From NCBI GenBank assembly GCA_964540285.1, contig CAZILW010000001.1, positions 63,703 to 127,702 of the forward strand: DNA of 64,000 bases. Direction: 5' to 3'. Position 1 is the first letter of the stretch. Every line of letters begins with the position of its first letter. Positions 49,411-59,305 of the stretch are shown one piece after another. This DNA comes from an uncultured Gammaproteobacteria bacterium (GTDB lineage Bacteria; Patescibacteriota; Patescibacteriia; Patescibacteriales; UBA12465). The notes under the pieces were generated by a model. It worked only from the letters and a program-made list of their open reading frames with translations, was not told where the DNA came from and made no database searches. Position numbers and translations under genes: made by a program.

Positions 49411-51612
49411 TTATTCCTTAATACATCTAATATAACGACCATAAATAGAACTAATAGGCACAGTACTTGTCGTCAAAATTATTGATCCGCCAGTGTTGTA
49501 TATATAATACAAACCTGTCCCAAGATCGTCTATGGTTCTCGTCCAAAGCCAAAAACCACTTCCAAAATAAGGCCACTGTGTTGAATATTTATGACCACCA
49601 GGAAGCAAAGAAAAGCCAAGATCATCGGTGCCATAAACAGTATCAGATGCCCAATATGGATGCTCTGAAGTTACACATTCACCTCCCAAAGGAGAATTAA
49701 CTTGGCGACACGATCTTAAATTGTAAACATTATATGCACCAATACTGTTGACCAAAGAAATAAAATCATCTCTGGTTGGCACTATCCAGCCATCAGGACA
49801 AACCCCCCTAGGATCAATTATGGTATAAGAAGAATAAACATAACCATAAAGATTTCCATAAGTAGAAAGAAAGTCATACAAAGGATAATTCGCTCCACTC
49901 CAACTTCCAGTTACCCGAGGAATACTGTCACCATTTTTAAACTTATCAGTTTTAAGATTTTCTTTAAACCAGCATTGATCGCCGATAGCAACCGTTGGAT
50001 AATTATAACCATTATAAGAAACAGAACTTAAGCCCGAACAAGGATCTGTGGTTGTAAAAGAAAGAACATTGCCATAACCTACTCCAACTTCATTGACAGC
50101 ATAAGCTCTGATATAATAAGTTTTTCCAGCTTGAAGACCATAAAAAACATCAGAAACAAAAGAGGAGGAACTTAAAGTTGAATGTAAAAACTTTGAATTA
50201 CCATCACCGATTAAGGGATTATCATTTTCACTCCAGACAACACCACCAGAATGAACAGGAGATCCGCCATCATTACTTATTGTTCCCCCAGAAAAAGCTC
50301 TATTTGCTGAAACATTATTTACAACACCAGTAATAACGCTAGGGATGGTTTTAGGGCTAGTGTCTGTTTTTTTAATACATCTAATATAGCGACCATAAAT
50401 AGAGTCAATAGGAACAGTACTCGCCGTCGAAATTGTTGGTCCGCTTGTATTATATATATAATACAAGCTAGACCCAGTACTATTAGCAGTTGAAGTCCAA
50501 AGCCAAAAACCACTTCCAAAATAAGGCCACTGTGTTGAATATTTATGACCACCAGGAAGCAAAGAAAAGCCAAGATCATCGGTGCCATAAACAGTATCAG
50601 ATGCCCAATATGGATGCTCTGAAGTTGCACATTCACCTCCCAAAGGAGAATTAACTTGACGACACGATCTTAAATTGTAAACATTATACGTACCAATACT
50701 GTTGACTAAAGAAATAAAATCATCTCTGGTTGGCACTATCCAGCCATCGGGACAAACCCCTCTAGGATCGGTTATAGTATGAGATGAATAAACATAACCG
50801 TAAAGATTTCCATAAGTAGAAAAAAAATCATAAGCTGGATAATAAGAAGAATTACTATGATAAGAAATCCAAGAAGGTATAGTTGATCCCCAGCTTCCAG
50901 TTACCCGAGGAATACTGTCTCCATTTTTAAATTTATCAGTTTTAAGATTTTCTTTAAACCAGCATTGAGCTCCGATGCCTACTGTTTGGTAGGTGTGGCC
51001 GTTATAGGTGATATTTTGACCACATTCAAAAACATCAAGAACACAAGAACTGTTTTGACAAATATAACCAGACTGACAATCAGGATAACAAACATTGAGA
51101 TTTGGATTTTCATTATTATCTCCTCCTCCGGTGTCTCCGCCTCCAGTGTCTCCGCCTAGGCAATCATAATTCATTATTCCTCCAGGAGTAGCACATTTTA
51201 AACCTTCAGATAGGTTAGAAACATCATTGCCTAGACAAAATGATAAAGTGTAAGTAGAGTTATCTTCGCTTACTTGATAGTAGAAGTTATTTTGACTGGC
51301 ATCACATACTCCATCAGCCGGATAAGGAGCAGAAGGAATATTATACATCAGTACTTGACCACTTGAGGTAATAAGAGAACCACTTAACCATTCTTCTTCA
51401 GTAGGATATCTTCCCTGTTCATTAAAGAATAATTCTAGGGCTGTTTGGGCTTGTTTAATATCAGCTAGTCTTTTACTATCACGAGCTCTAGAGCGAGCTT
51501 GTTGTAAAGCTACAACAGCTAGAGTGGCCAGTATTCCAATAATAGCAATTACTACTAGAAGCTCAACGAGGGTAAAAGCTTTTTTGTTTTTTTGAAAATT
51601 GTTTTTAAACAT
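49411..51612 (-). CDS. Pilin-headed adhesin-like protein: pilin, linker, Cys-rich unit, Fib_succ_major, FN3-like, Fib_succ_major
   Basis: First ~144 aa from KKAFTL identical to the 836-aa protein; QCWFKENLK, VCPDGW and IRCIK twice; TYYIRAYAVN. Confidence 0.85.
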   Translation of the reverse strand: MFKNNFQKNKKAFTLVELLVVIAIIGILATLAVVALQQARSRARDSKRLADIKQAQTALELFFNEQGRYPTEEEWLSGSLITSSGQVLMYNIPSAPYPADGVCDASQNNFYYQVSEDNSTYTLSFCLGNDVSNLSEGLKCATPGGIMNYDCLGGDTGGGDTGGGDNNENPNLNVCYPDCQSGYICQNSSCVLDVFECGQNITYNGHTYQTVGIGAQCWFKENLKTDKFKNGDSIPRVTGSWGSTIPSWISYHSNSSYYPAYDFFSTYGNLYGYVYSSHTITDPRGVCPDGWIVPTRDDFISLVNSIGTYNVYNLRSCRQVNSPLGGECATSEHPYWASDTVYGTDDLGFSLLPGGHKYSTQWPYFGSGFWLWTSTANSTGSSLYYIYNTSGPTISTASTVPIDSIYGRYIRCIKKTDTSPKTIPSVITGVVNNVSANRAFSGGTISNDGGSPVHSGGVVWSENDNPLIGDGNSKFLHSTLSSSSFVSDVFYGLQAGKTYYIRAYAVNEVGVGYGNVLSFTTTDPCSGLSSVSYNGYNYPTVAIGDQCWFKENLKTDKFKNGDSIPRVTGSWSGANYPLYDFLSTYGNLYGYVYSSYTIIDPRGVCPDGWIVPTRDDFISLVNSIGAYNVYNLRSCRQVNSPLGGECVTSEHPYWASDTVYGTDDLGFSLLPGGHKYSTQWPYFGSGFWLWTRTIDDLGTGLYYIYNTGGSIILTTSTVPISSIYGRYIRCIKE

Positions 51613-51621
51613 TGATAAAAA

Positions 51622-53478
51622 TTATTCTAAAACTGCTTTAATTCTTCTAACACCAGAACTAGAACTCTCTTCTTTTTGTATTTTAAATACACCTAAATTC
51701 TCCAGGCTTTCAACATGCGGACCACCACAAATTTCTTTGGAAAAATTACCAACAGAATATACTTTTACCTTCTCTCCATATTTGGACTCAAAAACACCAG
51801 TCGCCCCCATTTGCTTAGCTTCATCTAAAGTCATCTCACTACAATCAACTGCTAGTCCCTTTTGAATATTTTCATTTACTAAATCTTCAACTTGTTTTTT
51901 TTGTTCATCAGTCATTTTTTCTGGATGAGAAAAATCAAAACGAAGTCTTTCAGCAGTAATATTGCTTCCTCTTTGAGCGACATGATCACCCAAAACCCTC
52001 CTAAGAGCTTCTAGTAGTAAATGAGCTGCGGTATGAAGCTTGGTTGTCTCCTCGCTTTGATCAGCCAACCCCCCCTTGAATTTACCAGCGCTAGCCGTTT
52101 TAGATAATTCCTGATGTTTGTTTAAAGCTTGATTATATTCATCCAAAAAATTATCTGATTTAGAAATATTTTTTTCTTCTATAATCTCTAGTGTCATCTC
52201 GAGTGGATAGCCATGACTTTGAAATAAATTAAAAGCAATTTCACCATTAATCTTTTCCCCTTTTTCAACCAAGCTATTTAAAACTCTTTCCCCTTTTTCT
52301 ATGGTTTTGTTAAATTTCTCTTCTTCTTCATTTAATGATTTGAAAATAAATTCTCTATTTTTATCTAATTCACTATAAGAATCTTTATAGAATTCAACTA
52401 TAACTTGGCTAAGCTCAGCAATAAGATTTTTTTGTTCTATTTTTAATTGTTTCAAATAACGCACCGCCCTTCTGATAAGACGTCTAATAATATAACCTTG
52501 GTCGGTATTGGATGGGCTAAGCCCCTTGTCATCTCCCAATAAAAAAGTAGCACCTTTTATATGATCAGCTATAACTTCAAAAGCTTTTTTATTATCCTCA
52601 TATTTAAGTCCAGAAATATTTTCGAGTCTATCTACAATAGAACCAAGAGAGTCAATTTTAAAAATATTGCCTAAATTATTTTTTACCATTACAATTCGCT
52701 CCAGTCCCCCACCAAAATCAACATTTTTGTTTTCTAATTCTTTCCAACCATCGACTGTTTTTTGGTATTGCATAAAAACAGAATTGCCAATTTCAATAAA
52801 TCTTCCACAATCACAATTCAAATGACAATGCTCACCAAATTTTGGATCATGTTCTTTGCCGGTATCATAAAAAGTTTCACTATCTGGACCACCTAATTCT
52901 CCAATGGCATCGCCTCTCTGCCACCAATTTTTGTCTCGATAAGCAAAGATTCTATCTTTGGAAAAATCGAGCTCTATACCAGGCCCTTCATCTCCCTTGG
53001 TAATTGTTTCTGGACCTTCACTGGCTTCAATTCCGTATTTTTTGTAAATATTTTTTAAAATTGCAATAGACTCTTCATCTTTGACTATGCTTTTGCCGTC
53101 ACCAACATAAACAGTCTGATAAATTTTATTAATATCAAAGCCTAGCTCTTCTATTAAAAATTCAAACCACCAATTGAGTTGCTCTTCTTTAAAATAATTA
53201 CCCAAGCTCCAATTACCAAGCATTTCAAAAAAGGTATTATGACGACCATCACCAACGTCGTCAATATCTTCGGAACGGAAACATTTCTGACTATTTACTA
53301 AACGAAGGCCAGCTGGATGTTTTTCACCTAAAAGATATGGCACCAAAGGAAACATACCAGAATTGGTAAATAAAAGACTAGAATCATTTTCAGGAATGAG
53401 CGATGAAGACGATATCAGGGCGTGTTGTTTTTTTTGAAAAAATTCAAAATATTTCTGTCTAATTTCACTGGTTTTCAT
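51622..53478 (-). CDS. alaS: Alanine--tRNA ligase, short form without the C-Ala domain
   Basis: LLFTNSGM, HNTFFEMLGN, HTAAHLL, CGGPHV and GVRRIKA motifs. Confidence 0.95.
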   Translation of the reverse strand: MKTSEIRQKYFEFFQKKQHALISSSSLIPENDSSLLFTNSGMFPLVPYLLGEKHPAGLRLVNSQKCFRSEDIDDVGDGRHNTFFEMLGNWSLGNYFKEEQLNWWFEFLIEELGFDINKIYQTVYVGDGKSIVKDEESIAILKNIYKKYGIEASEGPETITKGDEGPGIELDFSKDRIFAYRDKNWWQRGDAIGELGGPDSETFYDTGKEHDPKFGEHCHLNCDCGRFIEIGNSVFMQYQKTVDGWKELENKNVDFGGGLERIVMVKNNLGNIFKIDSLGSIVDRLENISGLKYEDNKKAFEVIADHIKGATFLLGDDKGLSPSNTDQGYIIRRLIRRAVRYLKQLKIEQKNLIAELSQVIVEFYKDSYSELDKNREFIFKSLNEEEEKFNKTIEKGERVLNSLVEKGEKINGEIAFNLFQSHGYPLEMTLEIIEEKNISKSDNFLDEYNQALNKHQELSKTASAGKFKGGLADQSEETTKLHTAAHLLLEALRRVLGDHVAQRGSNITAERLRFDFSHPEKMTDEQKKQVEDLVNENIQKGLAVDCSEMTLDEAKQMGATGVFESKYGEKVKVYSVGNFSKEICGGPHVESLENLGVFKIQKEESSSSGVRRIKAVLE

Positions 53479-53498
53479 ATGTATTATTTATAATTAAT

Positions 53499-54524
53499 TT
53501 ATTTTAGAATATTAACCTCTGCTTCTAGGATTATACCAAACTTATCAAAAACATTTTTCTTCACCAAATCAACCAAAAACAAAACATCTTTTTGACTAGC
53601 ACTACCATGATTTACTAAAATTAAAGCTTGGCTTTCGTAAACTCCAGCATCACCATGGCGATAGCCCTTCATGCCGGCCTGCTCTATTAGCCAGCCAGCT
53701 GGAATTTTTACCCCCTTCTCATCAGGAAAACTTTTGATATCTGGAAATTTTTCTTTTAAAGTTTTAAACTCGGCTTCACTGATTACTGGATTTTTGAAAA
53801 ATGAACCAGCATTAGGAATTATCATTGGGTTTGGCAATTTTGAATTTCGTATTTCTTGAATTATTTCTGTTATATCTTTTAATCTTGGCTTGTCTATTTT
53901 TTTCTCGGCTAATTTATTTTTTATATCGCCATACTCTAAATTAAACTTTTCTTTTTTGCTTAATTTTAGTTCTAGCCACAAAATAAAATATTTGTTTTTA
54001 AATTTATTTTTAAAAATACTATCACGATAAGCAAACTCACAATCTCTCAAGTTAAAATATTTTTTCTCACCCGTTTTCAAGTCAATGGCACATAAATTAT
54101 AAAAAACATCTTTTAGCTCCACGCCATAGGCACCAATATTTTGCACCGGTGATGCTCCAACTGTTCCAAAAATATAAAACATATTTTCTATACCGTAATA
54201 ATTGTGCGATATAGTAAAATTAACCATTTTTGACCAAGCTTCTCCACTATATGATTTCACAATAGCAAAATCTTCGTTTTCGCCCACAACTTCCATTCCC
54301 TTTATTTCATTTTTGATTACTAAACCACTAAACCCCTTGTCAGAAAACAAAATATTAGAGCCACCACCCAAAATAAAAATCTTTTTAGCTCTTTTCTTAG
54401 CCCATTTAATTGAATTTATAAATTCTTCTTCACTTTTAACCACTACAAAATATTTAGCCAAACCACCAATTTTAAAAGTAGAATAATCAGCTAATTTTAT
54501 ATTTTTTTTAATTTCTAATTCCAT
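53499..54524 (-). CDS. murB: UDP-N-acetylmuramate dehydrogenase
   Basis: LGGGSN, VQNIGAYG, NAGSFFKNP and LVNHG motifs. Confidence 0.95.
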   Translation of the reverse strand: MELEIKKNIKLADYSTFKIGGLAKYFVVVKSEEEFINSIKWAKKRAKKIFILGGGSNILFSDKGFSGLVIKNEIKGMEVVGENEDFAIVKSYSGEAWSKMVNFTISHNYYGIENMFYIFGTVGASPVQNIGAYGVELKDVFYNLCAIDLKTGEKKYFNLRDCEFAYRDSIFKNKFKNKYFILWLELKLSKKEKFNLEYGDIKNKLAEKKIDKPRLKDITEIIQEIRNSKLPNPMIIPNAGSFFKNPVISEAEFKTLKEKFPDIKSFPDEKGVKIPAGWLIEQAGMKGYRHGDAGVYESQALILVNHGSASQKDVLFLVDLVKKNVFDKFGIILEAEVNILK

Positions 54525-54527
54525 ATA

Positions 54528-55970
54528 TTAAATATCTTTAGAAGATATATTAAGCAATTTGTAAGCTACTCGAAAAATATCGCCAGCACCCAAAAGCAAA
54601 ATTACTTTATCTTTGCCAGCTACTTTTCTTAAATCTTTTTCAATATCAGAAAAATTTTTAAAATATTTTAATTCTTGCTTGATATTATGTTTTAAATTAT
54701 ATTGCTCTATTTTTTTCATTAAATCAAGACTGGAAAGCTTTTGAGCTTTTTCTCGTGCTGAAGTATATATTTCCATTAAATATAAATTATCAGTTAACTC
54801 AAAACTTTTAACAAAATCATCAAACAAAGCTTTAGTGCGACTTACGGTGTGAGGATGAAAAACAGTAATTATTTTTTTATCATTATATCTTTGTTTAACT
54901 GCCTGAAGACATGCTTTTACTTCAGTTGGATGATGTCCATAATCATCAATAATAACAGAATCATTATAAACACCTAAAACATCAAAACGACGAGAGGCAC
55001 CAGTAAACAAAAATAAATTTTTTCTAATTTTTTCTAAATCAACTTTTAATTCTAGGCAAGAGGAAATTACAGCCAGAGCATTATAAATATTGTGACTGCC
55101 CATTAATTTTATCTTGAATTTTCCTAGATTTTTACTGCTTTGATATAAAGTAAAACTTTGTCCGTATCTTTCAGTTTTTATATTTTCTATTTTATATAAA
55201 TACTCATAATTTAGCTTATCTATATTTTTTATCTTTTTATTATCATTTAAGGTATAAAAAATATTTTTACCTTGATTAAATTTGCTAATTTTTAAGCACT
55301 GAATATCATCTATATTAGTCACCAAAAAACCTGATTTGGGTATTTTTTTTACAAAATCTGCAAAAACTTTGAAATAAGCCTTTTTATCTTTAAAATAATC
55401 GGGATGATCAAAGTCAATATTGTTTAAAACAACCATTTGTGGATTGAAATACTGCAATTTATTTTGATACTCGTCGGATTCTAACACAAAATATTTTGAT
55501 TTTCCCAACAAAGAACTACCCTTAAATTGTCTAACATAAGAACCAGATAAAACATTAGGAGAAAAATTAGATTTAAATAAAGTATAACCCAACCAAGAAG
55601 TAACAGTTGTCTTACCATGACTGCCGCAAACAGAAATACCAAAATATTGGTTAAACAAATATCCAACCGTCTCAGCATAGGTTACAATTTTAACACCTTT
55701 TTTATTTAAATATTTAAGCTCTATATTTTTCTTAATATCAAAAGCTGAAGAACGAATAACTAAATCAATCTTTTCTGGAAAATCTTTTAAGGAAAATCCA
55801 TGTTTAACTTTTATTTTGGAATTAGCAAGTGTTTTATTGGTTTGAAATTCTTCTTCCACGTCGGAACCAGAGACTTTAAATCCCTTAAAAACCAAAAACT
55901 GAGCTAACATGGCCATGCCAACCCCCTTAATCCCAATCATATAAATATTGTCCTTTTTATTTAAAATCAT
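54528..55970 (-). CDS. murC: UDP-N-acetylmuramate--L-alanine ligase
   Basis: GIKGVGM, GSHGKTT, ESDEY and DDYGHHPTE motifs. Confidence 0.92.
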   Translation of the reverse strand: MILNKKDNIYMIGIKGVGMAMLAQFLVFKGFKVSGSDVEEEFQTNKTLANSKIKVKHGFSLKDFPEKIDLVIRSSAFDIKKNIELKYLNKKGVKIVTYAETVGYLFNQYFGISVCGSHGKTTVTSWLGYTLFKSNFSPNVLSGSYVRQFKGSSLLGKSKYFVLESDEYQNKLQYFNPQMVVLNNIDFDHPDYFKDKKAYFKVFADFVKKIPKSGFLVTNIDDIQCLKISKFNQGKNIFYTLNDNKKIKNIDKLNYEYLYKIENIKTERYGQSFTLYQSSKNLGKFKIKLMGSHNIYNALAVISSCLELKVDLEKIRKNLFLFTGASRRFDVLGVYNDSVIIDDYGHHPTEVKACLQAVKQRYNDKKIITVFHPHTVSRTKALFDDFVKSFELTDNLYLMEIYTSAREKAQKLSSLDLMKKIEQYNLKHNIKQELKYFKNFSDIEKDLRKVAGKDKVILLLGAGDIFRVAYKLLNISSKDI

Positions 55971-56062
55971 AAATATTATAAAATTATTATAACATATTTA
56001 AATAAATAAAAAAGTGGAATCAATGACTCCACTTTAAAATAAACATACTTTTAAAAAACAAC

Positions 56063-56680
56063 CTAATCTCGCCAGGTCATTCTTTCCAGGCAATAAGGAC
56101 TTGCGCCCCATAAGAAATTGTCACTTTGACCTCCCTCAAAATATTCCCAATCAACCTTAGGGTGCTCACCTCTATAGACGTGAATAATAGAAGGTTCTCT
56201 AACGGTTTCAAAAAAAGAATTAAGAGATTTGACATAATACTTGCACAAAACATTTTCATGCAAACAAAGAGCTAAAGACTCTGACAGCGTTAAAAATCTT
56301 TTAGGATCAATAAAACCCTCAGAACTAGAAGAATTTTCATTTATACCTAAAAGATAATAGGGCCTCTTTGATGTTGGTATCAAATCATAGACATCGCCAT
56401 GATTAAAATAGGAATATCCTTTATTACCATTAAATTGTAAAAACTGAGCTTGATTAAAAACCCCAACAATATTAAATGGTATAACTGGAACAAACCAAAC
56501 ATCAAAAGAAAAGCCCCTGTCTTCAAACTCTATAACTCTAGAAACAACTCTTTCTCTAAATTCCATTAAAAAAAGCAAGGGGTCGGTCATAATACAGGCT
56601 GGAACATCCAAGGAGGCCAGTCTGTCTATTTGAGAGTCAAACAATTTCATTGCCCTCTTGGCAATTTTTTTTCTTTTCAT
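56063..56680 (-). CDS. Hypothetical protein, DUF5701-like
   Basis: LFDSQI, FVPVIP, PYYL, LTLSESLAL and terminal WG...C pattern, recalled from DUF5701-like proteins. Confidence 0.5.
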   Translation of the reverse strand: MKRKKIAKRAMKLFDSQIDRLASLDVPACIMTDPLLFLMEFRERVVSRVIEFEDRGFSFDVWFVPVIPFNIVGVFNQAQFLQFNGNKGYSYFNHGDVYDLIPTSKRPYYLLGINENSSSSEGFIDPKRFLTLSESLALCLHENVLCKYYVKSLNSFFETVREPSIIHVYRGEHPKVDWEYFEGGQSDNFLWGASPYCLERMTWRD

Positions 56681-56731
56681 TGAAAATAATTTTTAAAGTA
56701 CAGACTATTTTATTTTAGTTATTAACAAAAA

Positions 56732-57487
56732 TTATTCTTTTTTGCTTTTATTAAAACTTTCAAAAGCTTTAAGTATTTCAACTGGAGTTACAAAAACTAT
56801 AGTATTTGATTGATCAGATGATATATCATTTATTGACTGCAATGTTCTTAGATGCAATGCTCCATCAGAAGATGACAATATTCGAGCAGCATTAGACAAA
56901 TTCTCAGCAGCTGCTAACTCTCCCTGAGCATTAATAATAACGGCTCTCTTTTCTCTTTCAGCCTCTGCTTGCTTGGCAATAGTTCTCTCCATTGATTCTG
57001 GTAAAATTATATCTTTCAGTTCAACATTATTTACTTTTAAACCCCAAGCGTCTGTTTCCTTGTCAACTATTTCTCTTATTCTGTCGGCAATTTTATCACG
57101 ATTAGCCAAAAGTTCGTCCAAGGTTGTTTCTCCAACAATATTTCTCATGGTTGTTTGAGCATACTGAGAAATAGCATAATAAAAATTTTCAACCTCAATA
57201 ATAGCTTTAGATGAATCAGAAATTTTATAATATAAAACAGCATTAACTGTCACCGGAACATTGTCTCTGGTAATAGCTCTTTGGTCTGGAACGTCAACTG
57301 CCTTAATTCTAATATCAACTTTTTTAAAAGTTTGAAAAACTGGCCATAAAAACTTCCAACCAGGTGTCATAACCCCAGAAAATCGCCCCATTGTAAATTT
57401 AACACCTCTCTCGTATTGATTTATTTGTTTTAAGGAAGATAAGAAAAAAACAAAAACAAAAATTGAAAAAAAGATAAAAAAATTCAT
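56732..57487 (-). CDS. SPFH/stomatin (band 7) membrane protein
   Basis: YERGVKF, AQTTMRNIVG and QAEAEREKRA motifs. Confidence 0.93.
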   Translation of the reverse strand: MNFFIFFSIFVFVFFLSSLKQINQYERGVKFTMGRFSGVMTPGWKFLWPVFQTFKKVDIRIKAVDVPDQRAITRDNVPVTVNAVLYYKISDSSKAIIEVENFYYAISQYAQTTMRNIVGETTLDELLANRDKIADRIREIVDKETDAWGLKVNNVELKDIILPESMERTIAKQAEAEREKRAVIINAQGELAAAENLSNAARILSSSDGALHLRTLQSINDISSDQSNTIVFVTPVEILKAFESFNKSKKE

Positions 57488-57619
57488 ATTTTTAAAATTT
57501 AAAAATAAATAAATCTAACATAAAAATATTAACATAAAAAAATAAAAAAACAAATAAATTTTATGATTGACAAAAAGAGCTTTTTTTAGTAAAATTTATT
57601 AAAATATTACAATAAAGAA

Positions 57620-57796
57620 ATGGATTTAGAAATAGAAAAAAAGATAGAGGAAATAAAAGTTGTCTATCAAGAATACACAAATCAAATAAAAAAATTAAAG
57701 CTTAGACAAGAAGGTATTGTTCTAAATTTTATAAAGTTAAAAGAAGAAGAGCATTTAAAAAAAATACGACAGGAAATAAAAAATAATTATCAATAA
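57620..57796 (+). CDS. 58-aa coiled-coil protein (not in the ORF track)
   Basis: My translation: MDLEIEKKIEEIKVVYQEYTNQIKKLKLRQEGIVLNFIKLKEEEHLKKIRQEIKNNYQ; follows TTGACA-17 bp-TAAAAT (57567-57596); ends 2 bp before the next ATG. Confidence 0.7.
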   Translation: MDLEIEKKIEEIKVVYQEYTNQIKKLKLRQEGIVLNFIKLKEEEHLKKIRQEIKNNYQ

Positions 57797-57798
57797 AT

Positions 57799-59301
57799 AT
57801 GAAGAAGGAGATAATAAAAAAAGAAAACTCAGACCTAGAAATTATCGATTTAGCAGAAGAAAATATTGAAGAAAAAAACAATATTTTTGAAAAAGCTAAA
57901 AGGATAATAAACGAAACTAAAGAAAAAATAAACCAACAAAAAGAAGATAATAAAAAATCTTATGAAAAACTTCAAAGTGATTTGAAGAATTTTTTAGTTG
58001 CTATAGAGGGAACAAAAAGTATTTATAAAAAAGACCAACATGCTTTTCTAGAAAAACAAGAAAATTATCAACCTCTAAAAGAGATAAATGAAATACAAAA
58101 AGAAATTGACCTTCTAGTAAATGAATTAGAATTAAAAATAAATAAGATAGAAAATAAAATAAAACAACATCCAAGCCCAGAGGAAATTAAATCAAGGTTG
58201 GAAGTTAGAGATTCAAACCAAGAAGAGCAAGAAAGATTTTCAGAAAGAATACCAAGTCACCAAAAGGAAGCTCTCAAAATTTGCTCTAAAATATTTAATA
58301 AATGTCAATATCCTTGGTATCTAACTGGTTCTATAGCTTTTTTAATAAACGCCTCTGAAAGCAAAAAACAACCAGATGATATTGATATTATTTTTCATGA
58401 AAAAGATTTTGATGAAATGTCACAAGAATTTAAAGCATTAGGATTTGAGACAGGAATAGCAAAAAATACTGGTTGTCCCTTTATAAAAGGAAAAATTAAA
58501 ATTGAAGATGAAAATGGAGAAACAAAAGAAATTGAGGTAGAGGCCTTTGGACAAAAAACCGAAGAACCCAATGGTTTAATAAACCCAGGGGCAAAAAACA
58601 CTAAATATGAAATAATTAAAAATAAAGTATCTGAAAATGAACAAGAAGATTTTAATATTTTAGACAAATCTGGCCAGGTGGAATTATATTTTAAGAGCCT
58701 GGTAAACGAAATAAAAGGTTTTAATTTTGAAAGCTTTTTAGAAGAGGGTGGTGAAGCTGGAAATGAAAACAAATCCAAAAAATTTATCAACAGAATAGCT
58801 AATCTTTTTGAGTTAAATGATAACAACAAACTAGAAATAATAAAAAAAACAAGAGGGCTTTGTAAAAACGAAGAAGAGGTTTTATTACTAAGAAACTTTA
58901 TTGATATTAGCAAAAAGTTTAAAGAAGAAAAATACAAAGGAAAGGGTTTGGAAAATGTCTACAACGACGGTCATCTACAAATAGCCGTAGAAAATTTAAA
59001 AAAAGAAATCAGTCGAGAGCAGAAAATTCTAAAAGACAGCTATTTAGAAATATCAAATGAAATGAAAAAAGCCAGTCTAATGAACGAAAAAGAAAGACTA
59101 GATCTAATCAACAAAATAGACCAAGAGATTTATTCAAAAAAAGATATGATCGATAACTTCTTAAAAAACCACAAAGAAATAAATAGTGAAAACGAAGGAA
59201 ATAAAGATTTACCAATTTATATTTTTATCAGCAAGTTTAAAGAAAATTTTATAAATCCCTTTTGCGAAAAAATGGCTAACTTTAAAAAGGAATTAATTTA
59301 A
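57799..59301 (+). CDS. Coiled-coil protein with a central Pol-beta-type nucleotidyltransferase domain
   Basis: WYLTGSIA, PDDIDIIF and EVEAF fit the GS / DxD / third acidic residue pattern. Confidence 0.7.
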   Translation: MKKEIIKKENSDLEIIDLAEENIEEKNNIFEKAKRIINETKEKINQQKEDNKKSYEKLQSDLKNFLVAIEGTKSIYKKDQHAFLEKQENYQPLKEINEIQKEIDLLVNELELKINKIENKIKQHPSPEEIKSRLEVRDSNQEEQERFSERIPSHQKEALKICSKIFNKCQYPWYLTGSIAFLINASESKKQPDDIDIIFHEKDFDEMSQEFKALGFETGIAKNTGCPFIKGKIKIEDENGETKEIEVEAFGQKTEEPNGLINPGAKNTKYEIIKNKVSENEQEDFNILDKSGQVELYFKSLVNEIKGFNFESFLEEGGEAGNENKSKKFINRIANLFELNDNNKLEIIKKTRGLCKNEEEVLLLRNFIDISKKFKEEKYKGKGLENVYNDGHLQIAVENLKKEISREQKILKDSYLEISNEMKKASLMNEKERLDLINKIDQEIYSKKDMIDNFLKNHKEINSENEGNKDLPIYIFISKFKENFINPFCEKMANFKKELI

Positions 59302-59305
59302 TAAT

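Noticed and set aside
49418-50494. DGR template/variable repeat pair
   Set aside because: Both copies are coding, the differences include synonymous third-position and non-adenine changes, and no reverse transcriptase is in the window. Kept only as a patchy-divergence finding.
51622-53478. AlaRS as a truncated pseudogene
   Set aside because: Catalytic and editing motifs are intact in one open frame, and short AlaRS forms are common in reduced genomes.
58395-58937. 180-aa minus-strand ORF and other antisense ORFs (e.g. 39615-40034, 43785-44177, 23153-23860, 34040-34234)
   Set aside because: They lie antisense to well-supported genes and have Phe/Leu/Ser/Ile-rich composition typical of reverse-frame shadows.
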